Assembly (NCBI GenBank): GCA_964106915.2
Contig: OZ066925.1
Strand: one strand, 5' to 3'
DNA from: Podarcis gaigeae
Lineage: Eukaryota
Length of the DNA: 64,000 nucleotides
This document shows positions 22,398 to 34,579 of this stretch, piece after piece. The notes under the pieces are model-generated. The model ran no database searches. It was given only the letters and a program-made list of their open reading frames with translations, and was not told the DNA's origin. Position 1 is the first letter of the stretch. The number at the start of each line of letters is the position of its first letter. Both the position numbers and the translations under genes were made by a program.

Positions 22398-24513
22398 CCA
22401 GCTATCAACCTAGCCATTATCCCTCATCAGCCACCCATTCTGGACTATTAACTAATAACCTGCTCTGCCTCCACAGTCAAAGGTGGTAAACTGTCCAAAT
22501 ACCAGTTGCAGAAAACCGCAAGAGGGGAGAGAGTGTTCTTGTGCTTGGGTCCTGCTTGCGAGCTCCCCATTGACCATCTGGCTGACCACTCTAAGAGGAG
22601 GAAGCTGGACTAGATGGGCCTTTGGCTTGATCCAGCAAGCTTGTCTTATGCTCTAACTTGCTCAGCGCCATCCATCAACAACCACAACACCATGAATCGT
22701 GCAACACATGTCCACTTTCAAAGTTATTATTATCATTTATTAAATTTGTATACCACCCTCTACCTGCAGGATGGTTGAAGATCCATCTTTGATGCTTCCA
22801 TTAGTCTCCAGGTCTTTCCCCCAACCCCATGCAGTGTTGAAAGTTAGATAAGAATGGCTAGAAGAGAGGAAACAGATGGAAGCGGACATAAAAGTGGAAG
22901 TTTGAGCCTCAAACCTACCTTTCTAGTTTAAGGGCAGTGCAGTATATTGTTCTAGTTTCCTGCCCTGTCCTGTCAGTGGTATCTGACATCACAATAGAGG
23001 AGATTGTCCTGATTGTTTGCTTTCACAGTTTCTGATGGAAAATTAGCTTGTTGAATTTGGCACGTTATATTTCAGTAAAATAGATGTGGAAAAGTGAAAT
23101 ATAGGGCTTGATATCGAAACCAAAATACCACGAATGTACTTAAAGGAAGTTTGGCTAAACGAAGGAAAAGAAAACCCTCACCTAATTGTGCTTTGAAAAG
23201 CAACCTTTTATGCTCCTTCTTGAAACAAGGGGGAGATATCTGAGAGTGACGGCCACATTCTCATTAAACCAGTGCTTAGTTTTGTATTCTCTATGTTTTG
23301 ACAGAATGAAACACATTCTAATGTTCATAGTCACTGGGAACAGGGCAATATTCTCCACTACAACGGAAGGCAGCAGGCTTAGGGGGTGCAGGGGAGGCCA
23401 CATGGCACACCACATATTGCTATCTCCTCCAACATCTGGTCACCACTCCCCATCCCCTAGCGGTGGAGGTTAGTCCATTCTGGCAAATGGGGGACTGCCC
23501 CACCAACCTTAGTCTACCCTCAGCCAGTCCCCACCTGCCTGCTTTCTTGGTTATACAACCAGTCAGGGGATGGCTTTGACTCTCATTGGCTCTGGCGCCA
23601 CCTAATGTTGGTCCTCCTACTTTCTGCCCTACAAGTCCAACCCCTGACCACTGCCTGCCAGCATCTAATTCCTGAGGTGGCCAATGATAAAAATACTTTC
23701 CTCTTGGTACTTAAAGGGGGGCAATTATGACAATTTCAATCAAAACCATGGTGGGTGAGGAAAGAGTTGAAGCTCCCCTCCCCATGTACCTGGCCCTGAT
23801 GAAAAGTAGGGCTCCCACACTTAAAAAGCCAAAAACTGAGATTATTAGCAGTGACACAGTGCAGTATGTTGTTTAATTTGGCCCTGATTTGTACATGAAT
23901 GCAACCGCAGTACAATCCTGCAAGTGTCTGGACTCACTTTAGAACTGCCAGCTCTTCATTGATTCATCTCTAACTTCTTGGCCTAAGTCTAGCAAGAATA
24001 TTGTGTTCTTGTTCTTTTGAAAAATAAAGGGCTTAGGCACCAACACACAACTTGTGTGAGGAACAAAGAAGGTTGGGAGCTCCTGCAGCTTCCTGAAATC
24101 CATTCCTGTAGGTTTGATTTATTCCAGTCCTTCCCCTGCCTTTCTCCCCAGTTCATGAATAATATATATGCATGGATAATAAATAATCGACAGATAGCCA
24201 TACTTGTGTGTGTTACCTGCCTAGAATTTGCTTGCAGCTTCACTTACTAGGCAGTGATTATTTCCTTGGCTCCTATGCTATAAAACCAAAGAGAAATTTG
24301 CATTGCACAGCATCATGTCATTCCCACCCCATTTATTTATTTATTTATTTATTTTTGCGGATTTCTTCATCCACAGGAATCAGGAAAAAAATTCCAATCC
24401 TTTGGTACATTTTCTTCTGCACAGCTTTTATAGAAGCAAGCCCCAAACATGTTTATTTCCACATCACTTTTCAGCCACTTTGGTTACAAGGTAGATTTCT
24501 TGTGGTGACATTT

Positions 24514-24519
24514 TTTATT
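24514..24519 (-). terminator. NPVF: Candidate NPVF polyadenylation signal
   Basis: First AATAAA seen on the minus strand, about 230 nt after the stop codon. Confidence 0.5.
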
Positions 24520-24750
24520 TTGCTGACACTGTTTTCAGCTACATGCAATACTACTATATGCTATTTACAATTGACACCAATGGTACAGAGTACAAGAGAG
24601 ATTGAAACCCGCAGCACAGCTATGGAAACAAACTAGTACAACAGGCACCATCACCAGTCTACAAAGGCCTCCTGATGGAAATCATAAATTGAAGACTGGT
24701 GGCTTTTTTAAAAAATTGCCCCATTTCTTTCTCTTTCGTTGTATCGCCTT

Positions 24751-24838
24751 TTAGAATGGAAATTCTCCCAGAGCCTTCCAAAGTCTTGCCTCTTCATCAT
24801 CAGATTCCCTTTTCATATTATTGTGTAAATGGCCAAAT
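24751..24838 (-). CDS. NPVF: NPVF exon 3 coding part
   Basis: CTTTCTTTTCAG| acceptor. The phase-2 join gives KFGHLHNNMKRESDDEEARLWKALGEFPF*. Three-exon structure as in other NPVF genes. Confidence 0.75.
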
Positions 24839-25593
24839 CTGAAAAGAAAGAATCAACCATGAATGATTCAGCGGCACCAATGATTCAAATGTGGATGGAT
24901 GTAAAGGAGAGAGCCCTTCACCACCCTTTAGATCATTCTTCAAATTAAATGTGCTTTTCAAGGGTACCATTCAAATGATTAAAAAAAAAAAAATCCTCTC
25001 CACCACCCTATTCCAAAAATGTGTTTTGAATTGTATGAAATGTCCAATTATTATTTTTGGGTTTTGGTGATGGAGAATGGAGAATTGGATGGTGGAGAAC
25101 TGATAGAGAATGGTTGAAATATAATGCAGAAGAATTTTTAGGCACAACTCTAGATCTTGACTTTGGAGAGGAAAGATCATTTTTGTCAAATGCAGAGAGG
25201 ATGCTTCCAGAGTGGCCTCATTGCTTTAAAAATATCACATCTCTCTCCATCATACTTTCCTCCTTCAAGTTCAGACGGCAGGTCCATTAAGATTTTCTCA
25301 AGCCACAAAGGACAGACTTGGACTTCCAGGGAATATTTTATTCACATTGACCTGGCAAATTCATAACGGTATATTATTACATCAAATCAGATTGGTAATG
25401 AGGTTGGGATTAGAAGTTGTTTATTGAATGAATAACACATAGAGCAGCTTTCTATGACCTGGTTCCCTTCAGCTTTTTTGGATTTCATCATGGACACACA
25501 ATCTGTGGTTGGTGGGAAGTGTTGTTCAGATCATGGAAGGCTGCCACAGAGCGTTCAGCACTTCAATAAAACAATGGATTTAAATTTATTTAC

Positions 25594-25976
25594 TTGTTAT
25601 TGCCTTGGTCAGGGTCTTTGGCCACTTGGGGCAGACTGAAGAGAAGCGACGTCCCAATTCTCTGTGGCAAGTTGGCGGGAGAGTGGAAGGAACTTTGACC
25701 CGAAGGAGCTCTCTCAGATCTTTGTGACAAAGGAAGGGTGTGCCGAACAAGGCTTCCGGCAAACGCCCTTCCAAACCGGAGAGGCAGGTTTGCTGCAGGC
25801 TTGATGCTTCTCTCTTCCTGAAAGTTTCTGCCAAACCTCAGGGGCAAATTCGCAGCTGAGTTGGGCACCTTCTTTGTGGTGGGTGTCCTCATCTTAATGA
25901 TGTTCTTCAGCCCCCAGTCCTCCAGTTCTTCAAGGTTCAGGCTTCTCTGATTTTCTTCTATAATGTCTTCACTAGA
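25594..25976 (-). CDS. NPVF: NPVF (GnIH/RFamide-related peptide precursor) exon 2
   Basis: CCCCCTTTTAG| acceptor. Encodes RSLNLEELEDWG...VPNSAANLPLRFGR...SIKPAANLPLRFGR...PANLPQRIG, the LPXRFamide signature of GnIH precursors. Donor AA|GTAAAT. Confidence 0.96.
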
Positions 25977-26159
25977 CTAAAAGGGGGAAAAACAATAACA
26001 CAACTTCAAGGCGAATAATATACTGGTTACATGCTGATAATTAAGTGTGATTCTGATTAGGCTTTGGCCCTCTCCAAGTCTTGATTCTCTGCCAGTCTCA
26101 GATTTTTCTGTGGAGAGTGAGAACACTTCAAGAGTAGTTGGGGGAGGGGGAGTCAAATA

Positions 26160-26400
26160 CAGTGGTACCTTGGTTTACAAACTTAATCCCTTCCGGAAGT
26201 CCGTTCTTAAACCAAAACCGTTCTTAAACTGAGGTGTTCTTTCCCTAATGAGGCCTCCCGCCGCCAGTGCCCTTCCACCGTTCAGCTTCCGTTCTTAGGC
26301 TGAGGTAAAGTTCTCAAACCAAGACACTATTTCTGGTTTTGCGAAGTCTGTAAACCAAATCATTCTTAAACCGGACTGTTCTTAAACTGAGGTACCACTA
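26160..26400. mobile_element. Tigger-like MITE in NPVF intron 1
   Basis: CAGTGGTACCT...AGGTACCACT termini. Confidence 0.85.
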
Positions 26401-27553
26401 CACTCAATTCATTCTGAAGTTGTCTTACCTTCAGATTGGCTGTGCACTTACCCCGGTGTGGGCTAATATCCTTGGCTTTATTACCAATCCACTTTCCTAG
26501 TTTAATCCTTAATTTTTTTAAAAAATAGCCAAGTGGCTGGAACTGGCCAGATTTTTTGTCACAGACACCAGGAAGGTGAAACCATCCTGCTAAGTAATGT
26601 CTGATGGATAATTTCTACCTTGATGACTAACGTCAGAGCTGGAGCTTATTTTCCAAGAGAGAAAAGCACGAGGTTATGATTTATTGAATAAGTAACAGGC
26701 AAATAAATGCAGACTCTCATTTTATTGAGACGTGCTGGAACTCACAAAAAGAAGTATCTCACAAGAACCTGGAGAAATATTAATTTGGGGACAATCCGAA
26801 ATAACAATAAAGGAAGAGTCATATTAGACTGATTGAGTGTCAGAACTGGAGATGCTGGAGGCCTGCAAAGGGAATTTGAAGTAGCACCATTAGCAGATGG
26901 CAGAAAGCTGTATACCACCTACAGCTAGGAGCTATTCTGGAGTGTATCTGTTAAATATTGGAAATAACTGTATTCTATTTAATTGACAGATAGAAGAGAA
27001 GAAGTACCTCTTTTTCTTTTTTCTTTTTTCTTACTTAGTTTTTGATAGTATTTTATTAATATTAAATAACATTACAGTACTTATAAGCCTGATATGAATG
27101 ATATGATATGAAGATACATAAAGAGAGAATATTGGTAGAAGAGATTTGTGTGAGAGGCAGAATAGACTGGTTTTTCTCAGGGTGTGAGACTGCGAAAGGC
27201 GGAAGCTGGGAAGACATGGATCTCTGTGAACTGAAGATAAAGATAGAAGGTTGATAAAATATAAAATTGTGTGTGTGTGGCAGCAGGAGGTCCCATTAGC
27301 TAAAGTGGTACCTCAGGTTAAGAACAGTTTCAGGTTAAGAACAGACCTCCAGAACAAATTTAGTTCTTAACCCGAGGTACGATTCTTGGAGGGGCGCAAT
27401 TTTCTGATTCGCCTCAGGTGCCAAAATGCCTTGGGCTGGCCCTGATTGATCCACACATATGCTGTTTGAACATTTTCTCTGTAACCCTCTTTGTATACCA
27501 ATAGCAGTGCAAACACAGACATAAGGATAATATTATGTCAGTAAATTTCTTAC

Positions 27554-27682
27554 CTCGGAATAGTTATCATCACTGTATTCTTCTCTGCTCTGCAAGCTGG
27601 TCATTACCGATTCATCACGGCAGAAGGTCTTTGAGGCTGAAAGCAAACATGTAGCTAAAGTAAATAAGATTAATCTGTTCAT
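27554..27682 (-). CDS. NPVF: NPVF exon 1 coding part (signal peptide)
   Basis: MNRLILFTLATCLLSASKTFCRDESVMTSLQSREEYSDDNYSE with GAG|GTAAGA donor. Hydrophobic signal similar to avian/mammalian FILLTLAT...C.DE. Confidence 0.92.
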
Positions 27683-27762
27683 TTGAAATACTGTAATTTT
27701 CAGTTCTCCTAGATCGTATTTACATCAGAGATCGAAATCTGGACAGCAGAAAAAGTAGCATC

Positions 27763-27770
27763 TTTTTATA
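27763..27770 (-). promoter_or_regulatory. NPVF: NPVF TATA box
   Basis: TATAAAAA on the minus strand about 80 nt upstream of the ATG. Several TAATTA homeodomain-type motifs at about 27838-28016. Confidence 0.75.
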
Positions 27771-28401
27771 CTACCAGGCAACCAAAAAAATAATAATCTT
27801 ACCATGACACCGATTCCAAACATCTTCATTTTAATATTAATTAGAAATGTGATGTTAATTATGTATGGGAAGTATGCAGAGAATTTTTGTGAACTTGTTT
27901 AAACAAAAGTGTTTCCGGTCAAGAAATGCAGATGGCATTACCAAATATTTCCCTTGCCTATTAACGAGCTTTAATTAGGGCTACAATAATCTGGAGCAAG
28001 ACCTTATGCTTAATTACCACGTTTGAAACGAAACCACTCTGTTCTTGCATCAGCCTCAGTCATCAGTGCTTGAAAATGAAATGTCGGTGCATGCCATTCT
28101 CCCAAGTCTTGTGGGAGTTTGTTTCTTCTTAGAGGTGCACCATTGGAAACAGACTCCCTTACTGGGTTGTTGGGAACAGTAGCTCTGTGAGCAGTAAACT
28201 TCACTGCCCAGAATTCTTTGAGGATGGAAATGTTTTTTGAATATGCTTTAAAGGTGTAGTTTGCCATTCTGGATTCCACCCTGGGCATTATTAAAGACTT
28301 CTATAGCAATTGTATTTGTTACATTTATAGGTAAAGGTAAGGTAAAGGTACGTTTACATTTATAGAGCACCTTTATCTTCCAAGGATCTCAAGGTGGTGT
28401 A

Positions 28402-28627
28402 CAGTGGTACCTTGGGTTACATACGCTTCAGGTTACAGACTCCACTAACCCAGAAATAGTGCTTCAGGTTAAGAACTTTGCTTCAGGATGAGAACAGAAA
28501 TTGTGCTCTGGCGGTGTGGCAGCAGCAGGAGGCCCCATTAGCTAAAGTGGTGCTTCAGATTAAGAACAGTTTCAGGTTAAGAATGGACCTTTGGAATGAA
28601 TTAAGTACTTAACCTGAGGTGCCACTG
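28402..28627. mobile_element. Tigger-like MITE
   Basis: CAGTGGTACC...GGTGCCACTG with TA TSD. Confidence 0.9.
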
Positions 28628-28681
28628 TACATGGTTCTCCTCCTCTCTATTTCATCCTTGCAACAACCTTGTGAGGCAGGT

Positions 28682-29054
28682 CAAGGTAAAAGACCCCTGG
28701 ATGGTTAAGTCCAGTCAAAAGTGACTATGGGGTTGCGGTGCTCATCTCGCTTTTCAGCTGGTGTTTGTCCACAGACAGCTTTCCGGGTCATGTGGCCAGC
28801 ATGACTAAACCACTTCTGTTGCAGCAGAACACTGTGACGGAAATCAGAGCACACAGAAACACCGTTTACCTTCCTGCTGCAGCGGTATCTATTTATCTAC
28901 TTGCACTGGTGTGCTTTTGAACTGCTAGGTTGGCAGGAGCTGGGACAGAGCAACGGGAGCTCACCCCAACGCAGGGATTCGAACTGCTGACCTTCTGATC
29001 AGCAAGCCCAAGAGGCTCAGTGGTTTAGACCACAGCACCACCCACATCCCCTCC
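28682..29054 (-). mobile_element. Sauria SINE nested in a Squam3-like SINE (about 28340-29180)
   Basis: 12-bp TSD TGTGAGGCAGGT at 28670-28681 and 29055-29066. Confidence 0.9.
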
Positions 29055-30458
29055 TGTGAGGCAGGTTAGGCTAAGAGATGGTAAGTGGACCAGGGTCACC
29101 CAGTGAGTTTCATGGCTGAGTGGGGATTCGATCCCTTCTCTCCCAGGTCCTATCCCAACACTCTGTCCAACACTCTACAACTGTTTTGCAGGATATCGTA
29201 TCCTCTGTAAGATTACTTGCTAATATATAATTTATTGTGTTTTATTAAATAAGAAGTGTAATGATATCTGAGCTCAAAACCTGACGGATATTAAACAAAT
29301 TCTTCTTTATTTGACTACTGTGCAACAAGTGGCAATATCTGTTTGATGATGTCAGCTTCATTGAGGGACAACTTTCTGCTCCCACGTAGGTTCCATTGCA
29401 ATGAATGAGGACCATGCAGGAAACTCAAATGCTGTGATGAACTCTTGGCCTGGAGGAATGCATGCTTTCATATTAAATGGCATGAAAATCTGATCAGTAG
29501 TAATGAAAAGAGCAACTTTGTCTTCTAAGCGAATCCGCCAGTGTGCTGTAAATCACTTGATTCCAGCGGAAGAGCAGGTTTTAATATTGTTCGTTGCATT
29601 TCATATAATAATATAATGATAAATCCTTATTCATTATTAACAGTGCATTGTGCAGAAAGGATATGCATTACATGACTCATGTCACCAATAAGTATCGAAG
29701 GATTTCCATAAAGATGAATAATTCATTGCATATTCATTTTGCCTCAGTATGTAATGACCTATTTTATGGCTCATTTTGAAATAGCATGATTTAAAAATGC
29801 ATACATTTTTTCATTGAAGAATTGGCCCAGTCATTTTTCATACATTCTATGTATGCAGCCTTCTTACTGAACTGTGTTCGATATTTCTTTGGTCTTAAAA
29901 ATGCAGCTCTATGTAAAATTTCAAGCAGATGTTAACAGTTATGCTAGTATCCTGATATGGTTAGGGATGGATGAATCATTTGCGTGAACAGGCAGAGACC
30001 CCCCCCAACCCCAGGACTCTCTAGGAGTTCTGCATCACTCTCACACCTGCATATGTCATCCTATTTCTGCGTCAATTTGTGTTTTTTGTTTGCTTAAGAT
30101 GCATGAAAATTCATATTTAAATATGTACCTAAATCCTACATTTGAATGTATTTTCTCTCAAAAGACACCTTTCTAAATATATTTTATCCTAAAATACACA
30201 GTTTTATACACACTGTGGTATGTAGTTTGAGTCAAGAACCATATCTCAAAGTTTGGAGAACTACAATGGAAACCTGTGATCCGATTTGCATGTATGTGAA
30301 AATTCAGAATTTGCAAATTTCAGAATATGTGCAAATTCAGAATTTACAAGCAATATATTGCAGAGAGGCAGGGAGAACCTCCTGCAAGAGTTTGGCAAGC
30401 TGTCTGCCATGGAGAATTCACAGTAGTGCGTGGAGGAGTGTCTGGGGTTCCTATGAAT

Positions 30459-30865
30459 TGTCATAGTCCCATTGCTGAGCGACAGCATGTGAATCTTGGT
30501 GGAGTGTGAGGCCAAACAACCAGAAGAGAAGAGTCTCTTGAGATACACTTGGCAGAGTCAGCAGTTGAAGTTAAGTCTGTTCTGAGGGTTGGGTAAACAG
30601 TTGGGAAATCCAGCAGTCAGGGAATCTGATGATTACAAATCCTAGGGTCCAAATGTAGAGCAAGAAGCAGCAAAGTAGGGCCGGGAACCACAAACATTGT
30701 TTCCAACATCTGACTGCTGCTGAGAGCTCTTTTTAAGAAGGCCGAAGCCAGCTGGTTCTCCTCTTCGTCCTTGAAGGCTGATCAGCTGCAGGTGGAGTCC
30801 CACCTCCTTCTCCCCCTTCAGGCTGTTGATCAGCTAAAACAAAGCTGACTCCTGGGCCCATGACA
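30459..30865. mobile_element. Solo LTR
   Basis: TGTCAT...ATGACA termini with perfect 5-bp TSD TGAAT. Confidence 0.75.
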
Positions 30866-31007
30866 TGAATCTGGACTGTGTAGACCAGGGTGGGGATCAT
30901 CTGGTCAGTCTTCTTGGGGCCACATGCTGGTGGGTGGGTGGGGGAAGAGTCAAAAGTGGGCAAAGCAACAAATGCCCAACAAAAGCAGGGTACACTCACA
31001 CAGCAGG

Positions 31008-31300
31008 AAAGAGGAAGAAGACAAAGAAGACGAAGAAGAAGAAAAAGAAGAAGAGGAAGAAGCGTTTGGATTTGATATCCTACTTTATCACTACCCGAAG
31101 GAGTCTCAAAGCGGCTAACATTCTCCTTTCCCTTCCTCCCCCACAACAAACACTCTGTGGGGTGAGTGAGGCTGAGAGACTTCAAAGAAGTGTGACTAGC
31201 CCAAGGTCACCCAGCAGCTGCATGTGGAGGAGCGGAGACGCGAACCCGGTTCACCAGATTACAAGTCCACCGATCTTAACCACCACACCATGCTGGCTCT
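31008..31300 (-). mobile_element. Squam3-like SINE with (CTT)n tail
   Basis: Reverse-complement homologue of 50081-50376. Confidence 0.85.
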
Positions 31301-31540
31301 TTCTCACCAAGCAAGAGTCATGATCACAAGACACATTTCATCCAGCCAAAAACTCTCAAGGAGGATAGGAAGCAGGGGCAGTGAGGGGTGTGGCCTTGGG
31401 GGAAGGGGTGTGGCATGGGGGTAAATCCTGAGGACCATATGGAGAGGCTTAGAAGGTAGCCTTTGGTGCTCGGGTGTAGACTAGCCCTGGTCAGAGGCAC
31501 AAAGCAGACTTTGTCTCTTGTAGACCAAGTTATGGGATAC

Positions 31541-32007
31541 TGTCGGGGACTGGGCAGAGGAGGAATGGTGGAGAGCACCTCCCTATCCTGACGCTTGCAG
31601 GGAGGAGGAAGAGGAAGACAGTATAGATTTACAACAGGGGTTTGAGGGAGGTCGCAGCTCAGAGGCAGATGAGGGGGAAAGTTGGGAAATCATGGGAGAG
31701 CCAAAGCAACATGTTGTCATTTTAAAGCATTCCAGACCCTCCATCTCCCAGAAACTGGCGAGCCTTAAAAGTAGGAGAGCAAAGAACTAAAAGACAGAGG
31801 GCACATAGCAGCACCCGTAGAAGTGACAAATGAGAAAGTGGGAGCGACAGGGGTGGAGATTCAGTCGGGACAGCGCCATTATCCAAGAGGCTGAGTTCTA
31901 TAGCCTCTCTCTGTAAAGTCTGAAATAAAAAAGGACTGTAAGACACTTTCCCTTGTCTTTATACTTTCCTGGGCAATCAGCCGGGAGCTGCTGACAGCAT
32001 CCTGACA
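31541..32007 (+). mobile_element. Solo LTR related to 21687-22397
   Basis: TGTCGGGGACTGG...CCTGACA, TSD GATAC/GGTAC, shared GAATGGTGG, CGCCATTATC and AATAAA blocks. Confidence 0.75.
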
Positions 32008-32315
32008 GGTACTGGGGCAGCAGGGCAAATTTAGCAAATTGCAACGGGGCAGCTTTGGGCAGTTTTGGGTCATAGATGGGGTTGACAGTGTCTGGGTCAT
32101 TTCTCCAATGATATTGCAAAAGCAGGGCACTGGCCATCTAAATGGCGCCCTTATTTTGACGTTTTGACCCTGCTCAGACACCATTCTATTTTCCCATGAT
32201 TTGGGGGAGCCTGGATCTCAGGGAACAGATGATACAGAGCCTTATAAAGTGGAATTGTTGAGAAGAGCAATGGCTAAGCACAACTGGAGTTTCGTTTTAC
32301 AGTCTGAGCATGCTA

Positions 32316-32684
32316 GGGATGCGGGTGGCACTGTGGGTTAAACTACAGAGCCTAGGGCTTGCCGATCAGAAGGTTCGTGGTTCAAATCCCCGTGACGGGG
32401 TGAGCTCCCGTTGCTCTGTCCCAGCTCCTGCCCACCTAGCAGTTCGAAAGCACCTCAAAGTGCAAGTAGATAAATAGGTACCGCTCCGGCGGGAAGGTAA
32501 ACGGCGTTTCCGTGTGCTGCTCTGGTTCACCAGAAGCAGCTTAGTCATGCTAGCCACATGACCCAGAAGCTGCCTGCAGACAAATGCCAGCTCCCTCGGC
32601 CAGTAAAGCGAGATGAGCGCTGCAACCCCAGAGTCGGCCACGACTGGACCTAACGGTCAGGGGTCCCTTTACCTTTTACCTTTA
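32316..32684 (+). mobile_element. Sauria SINE
   Basis: Full length with 11-bp TSD TGAGCATGCTA. Confidence 0.92.
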
Positions 32685-34579
32685 TGAGCATGCTACAGGT
32701 TTAGCTATGCTATTCAGGCTTGCCACATGATATTTGGAGCGTTTATCTTTAAGACCAATTTTGTTTGTATATTTAATAAATAGTTACCATATTGCATAAA
32801 AATTGTCTGGTCCCCCCACCCCATTCCTTTTATGACTTTTAAGTTATGCATTATTTTCTCCGCACTAGCTGATTGACAAATATTTATATACCATAAATCC
32901 AGGAATAATCATGGCAAGGCCTTCCAGGTTTCAGCTATCAATAGCCAACTGGCCACTAAAAGATTAGTAAATCCTCATGCTTTACACCAGCCTTTAGGCC
33001 CTCAAAGGGGGACAATAAACAGAATTGGAGTGAGAAACCCACAATCTCCTAGATTATTTTGGACAGTTGCCCCAAACACCTGTATTACCAGGCAACACAT
33101 CATAAGTGATCTTAAGTCCTCTTAGGACTGCATCATCAGCATTGTGGTTGGGTTGTGGGCAATATATGGGCAAACTAAACTGGTGTCCAGTACCACTTTT
33201 TCAACAAAGTCTTCATTTTATTTTTGATGGTATTCTTTTATTGTGGACGTGCTTTCCACCTTGGGAGGAAGGGGTTAGAGAGAAACTGGGTAAATTAAAT
33301 AATAAATGCAATATAAGTGAGGTCAGTCCTAGAATGCAAAAGTTCCTATTTTCTGCCCAACCTTTGTTTGTTCTTATCTAAAGTTTGGGGAACGCGCTTC
33401 ATACAAGGAAGGAGTGATTCAGGGAATGCTGCTGTTTATAAGAATCTATGAATCAATCTTTTTCTTTTTCATTCTTTTTCTTGACGAAACAAATCTCGCA
33501 AATCGATAGAGACCTGTAATGTTTATGCTGCTTTTTTTCTGATGGTGGAATAAGGAGAAGCATTGCAGAAGTGGGGCTTGGTGAAATGAGAGCAAGAGAC
33601 CAAAGACAATTATATTTTCTTAGTAAAAAAAAGAAGGAAGAAAAGAAGAGGAAGACGTGAGAACAATAATTCTAGGCTGGACAGGTTCTTCAATTATGCA
33701 TCTGATTCTAGTAATAAAACAAACATGTCCTCAATAACAGCTTGAGCTATAAATGTACTCGTACTTTTTACTAACTCTTTTGAAAAGAATGGTACTGTAC
33801 TTACAAATGTACTGCAGCATGCACTATCCCTAACTCTCTCTCTCTCCTATTAAAAATTAAACTAATTTAACATACATTATTAAGGGGAATTGGATTGGTT
33901 ACAAATCAACAGCCTTCATAAAGGCTTAGGGGAGGGAGAAAGAAGCTGATTAAATCTGGATTCAGAGGTAATAACAAAGAACACAGGAAGAAGAAAAAAA
34001 CACTTCCATAAATTTAAGTTTAAGAAGTCTTTCTGGAATTTTAAAGAGGCATTAGCGTTTTAACTAAATTAACTATTAACCGAGGGCCTTTCAGTATAGA
34101 TACTCATTACTCTGGAATTTATTAGAATGTGATTTCCTATAGAAACTGATCAAATTGATTAGTAGAGCTTTTAATTTCCCTGTTCCCTCTGAATATTTGT
34201 GTCTTTTGTATTACTGTGTATAGTCCAGGGATGGAGAGAGTCTGTGGCATTTGCAGTGTTGCAGGATTCCAATGCCCGTCAATCCCAGACCCCATGACCA
34301 ATGGCTAGGGATGATGGGAGTTGTAGTCCAGCAATATCTGGAGGGTCATAGGCTCCCCAGCCCTGATGAAGCAAAAACTTTCTCATACCTTCAAACACTA
34401 GAGTGCGGGAAATTGGATCATGACCTCAATGGAGGCTGCCCCCTTTGCACTCCAGCCCAGCTCCACCATCTCTTGGTGCATCCCCCTACTCCTCAGTGTC
34501 TTCTTCCACCACAGCCACTGAAGTGCTTCCTGAAGCTGGCACCACTTCCAGAAGCCTGGCCCCAGCTTCTAGAAGTACG

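Noticed and set aside
25590-25892. 100-aa ORF as a standalone gene
   Set aside because: It is part of NPVF exon 2, with the real start in exon 1.
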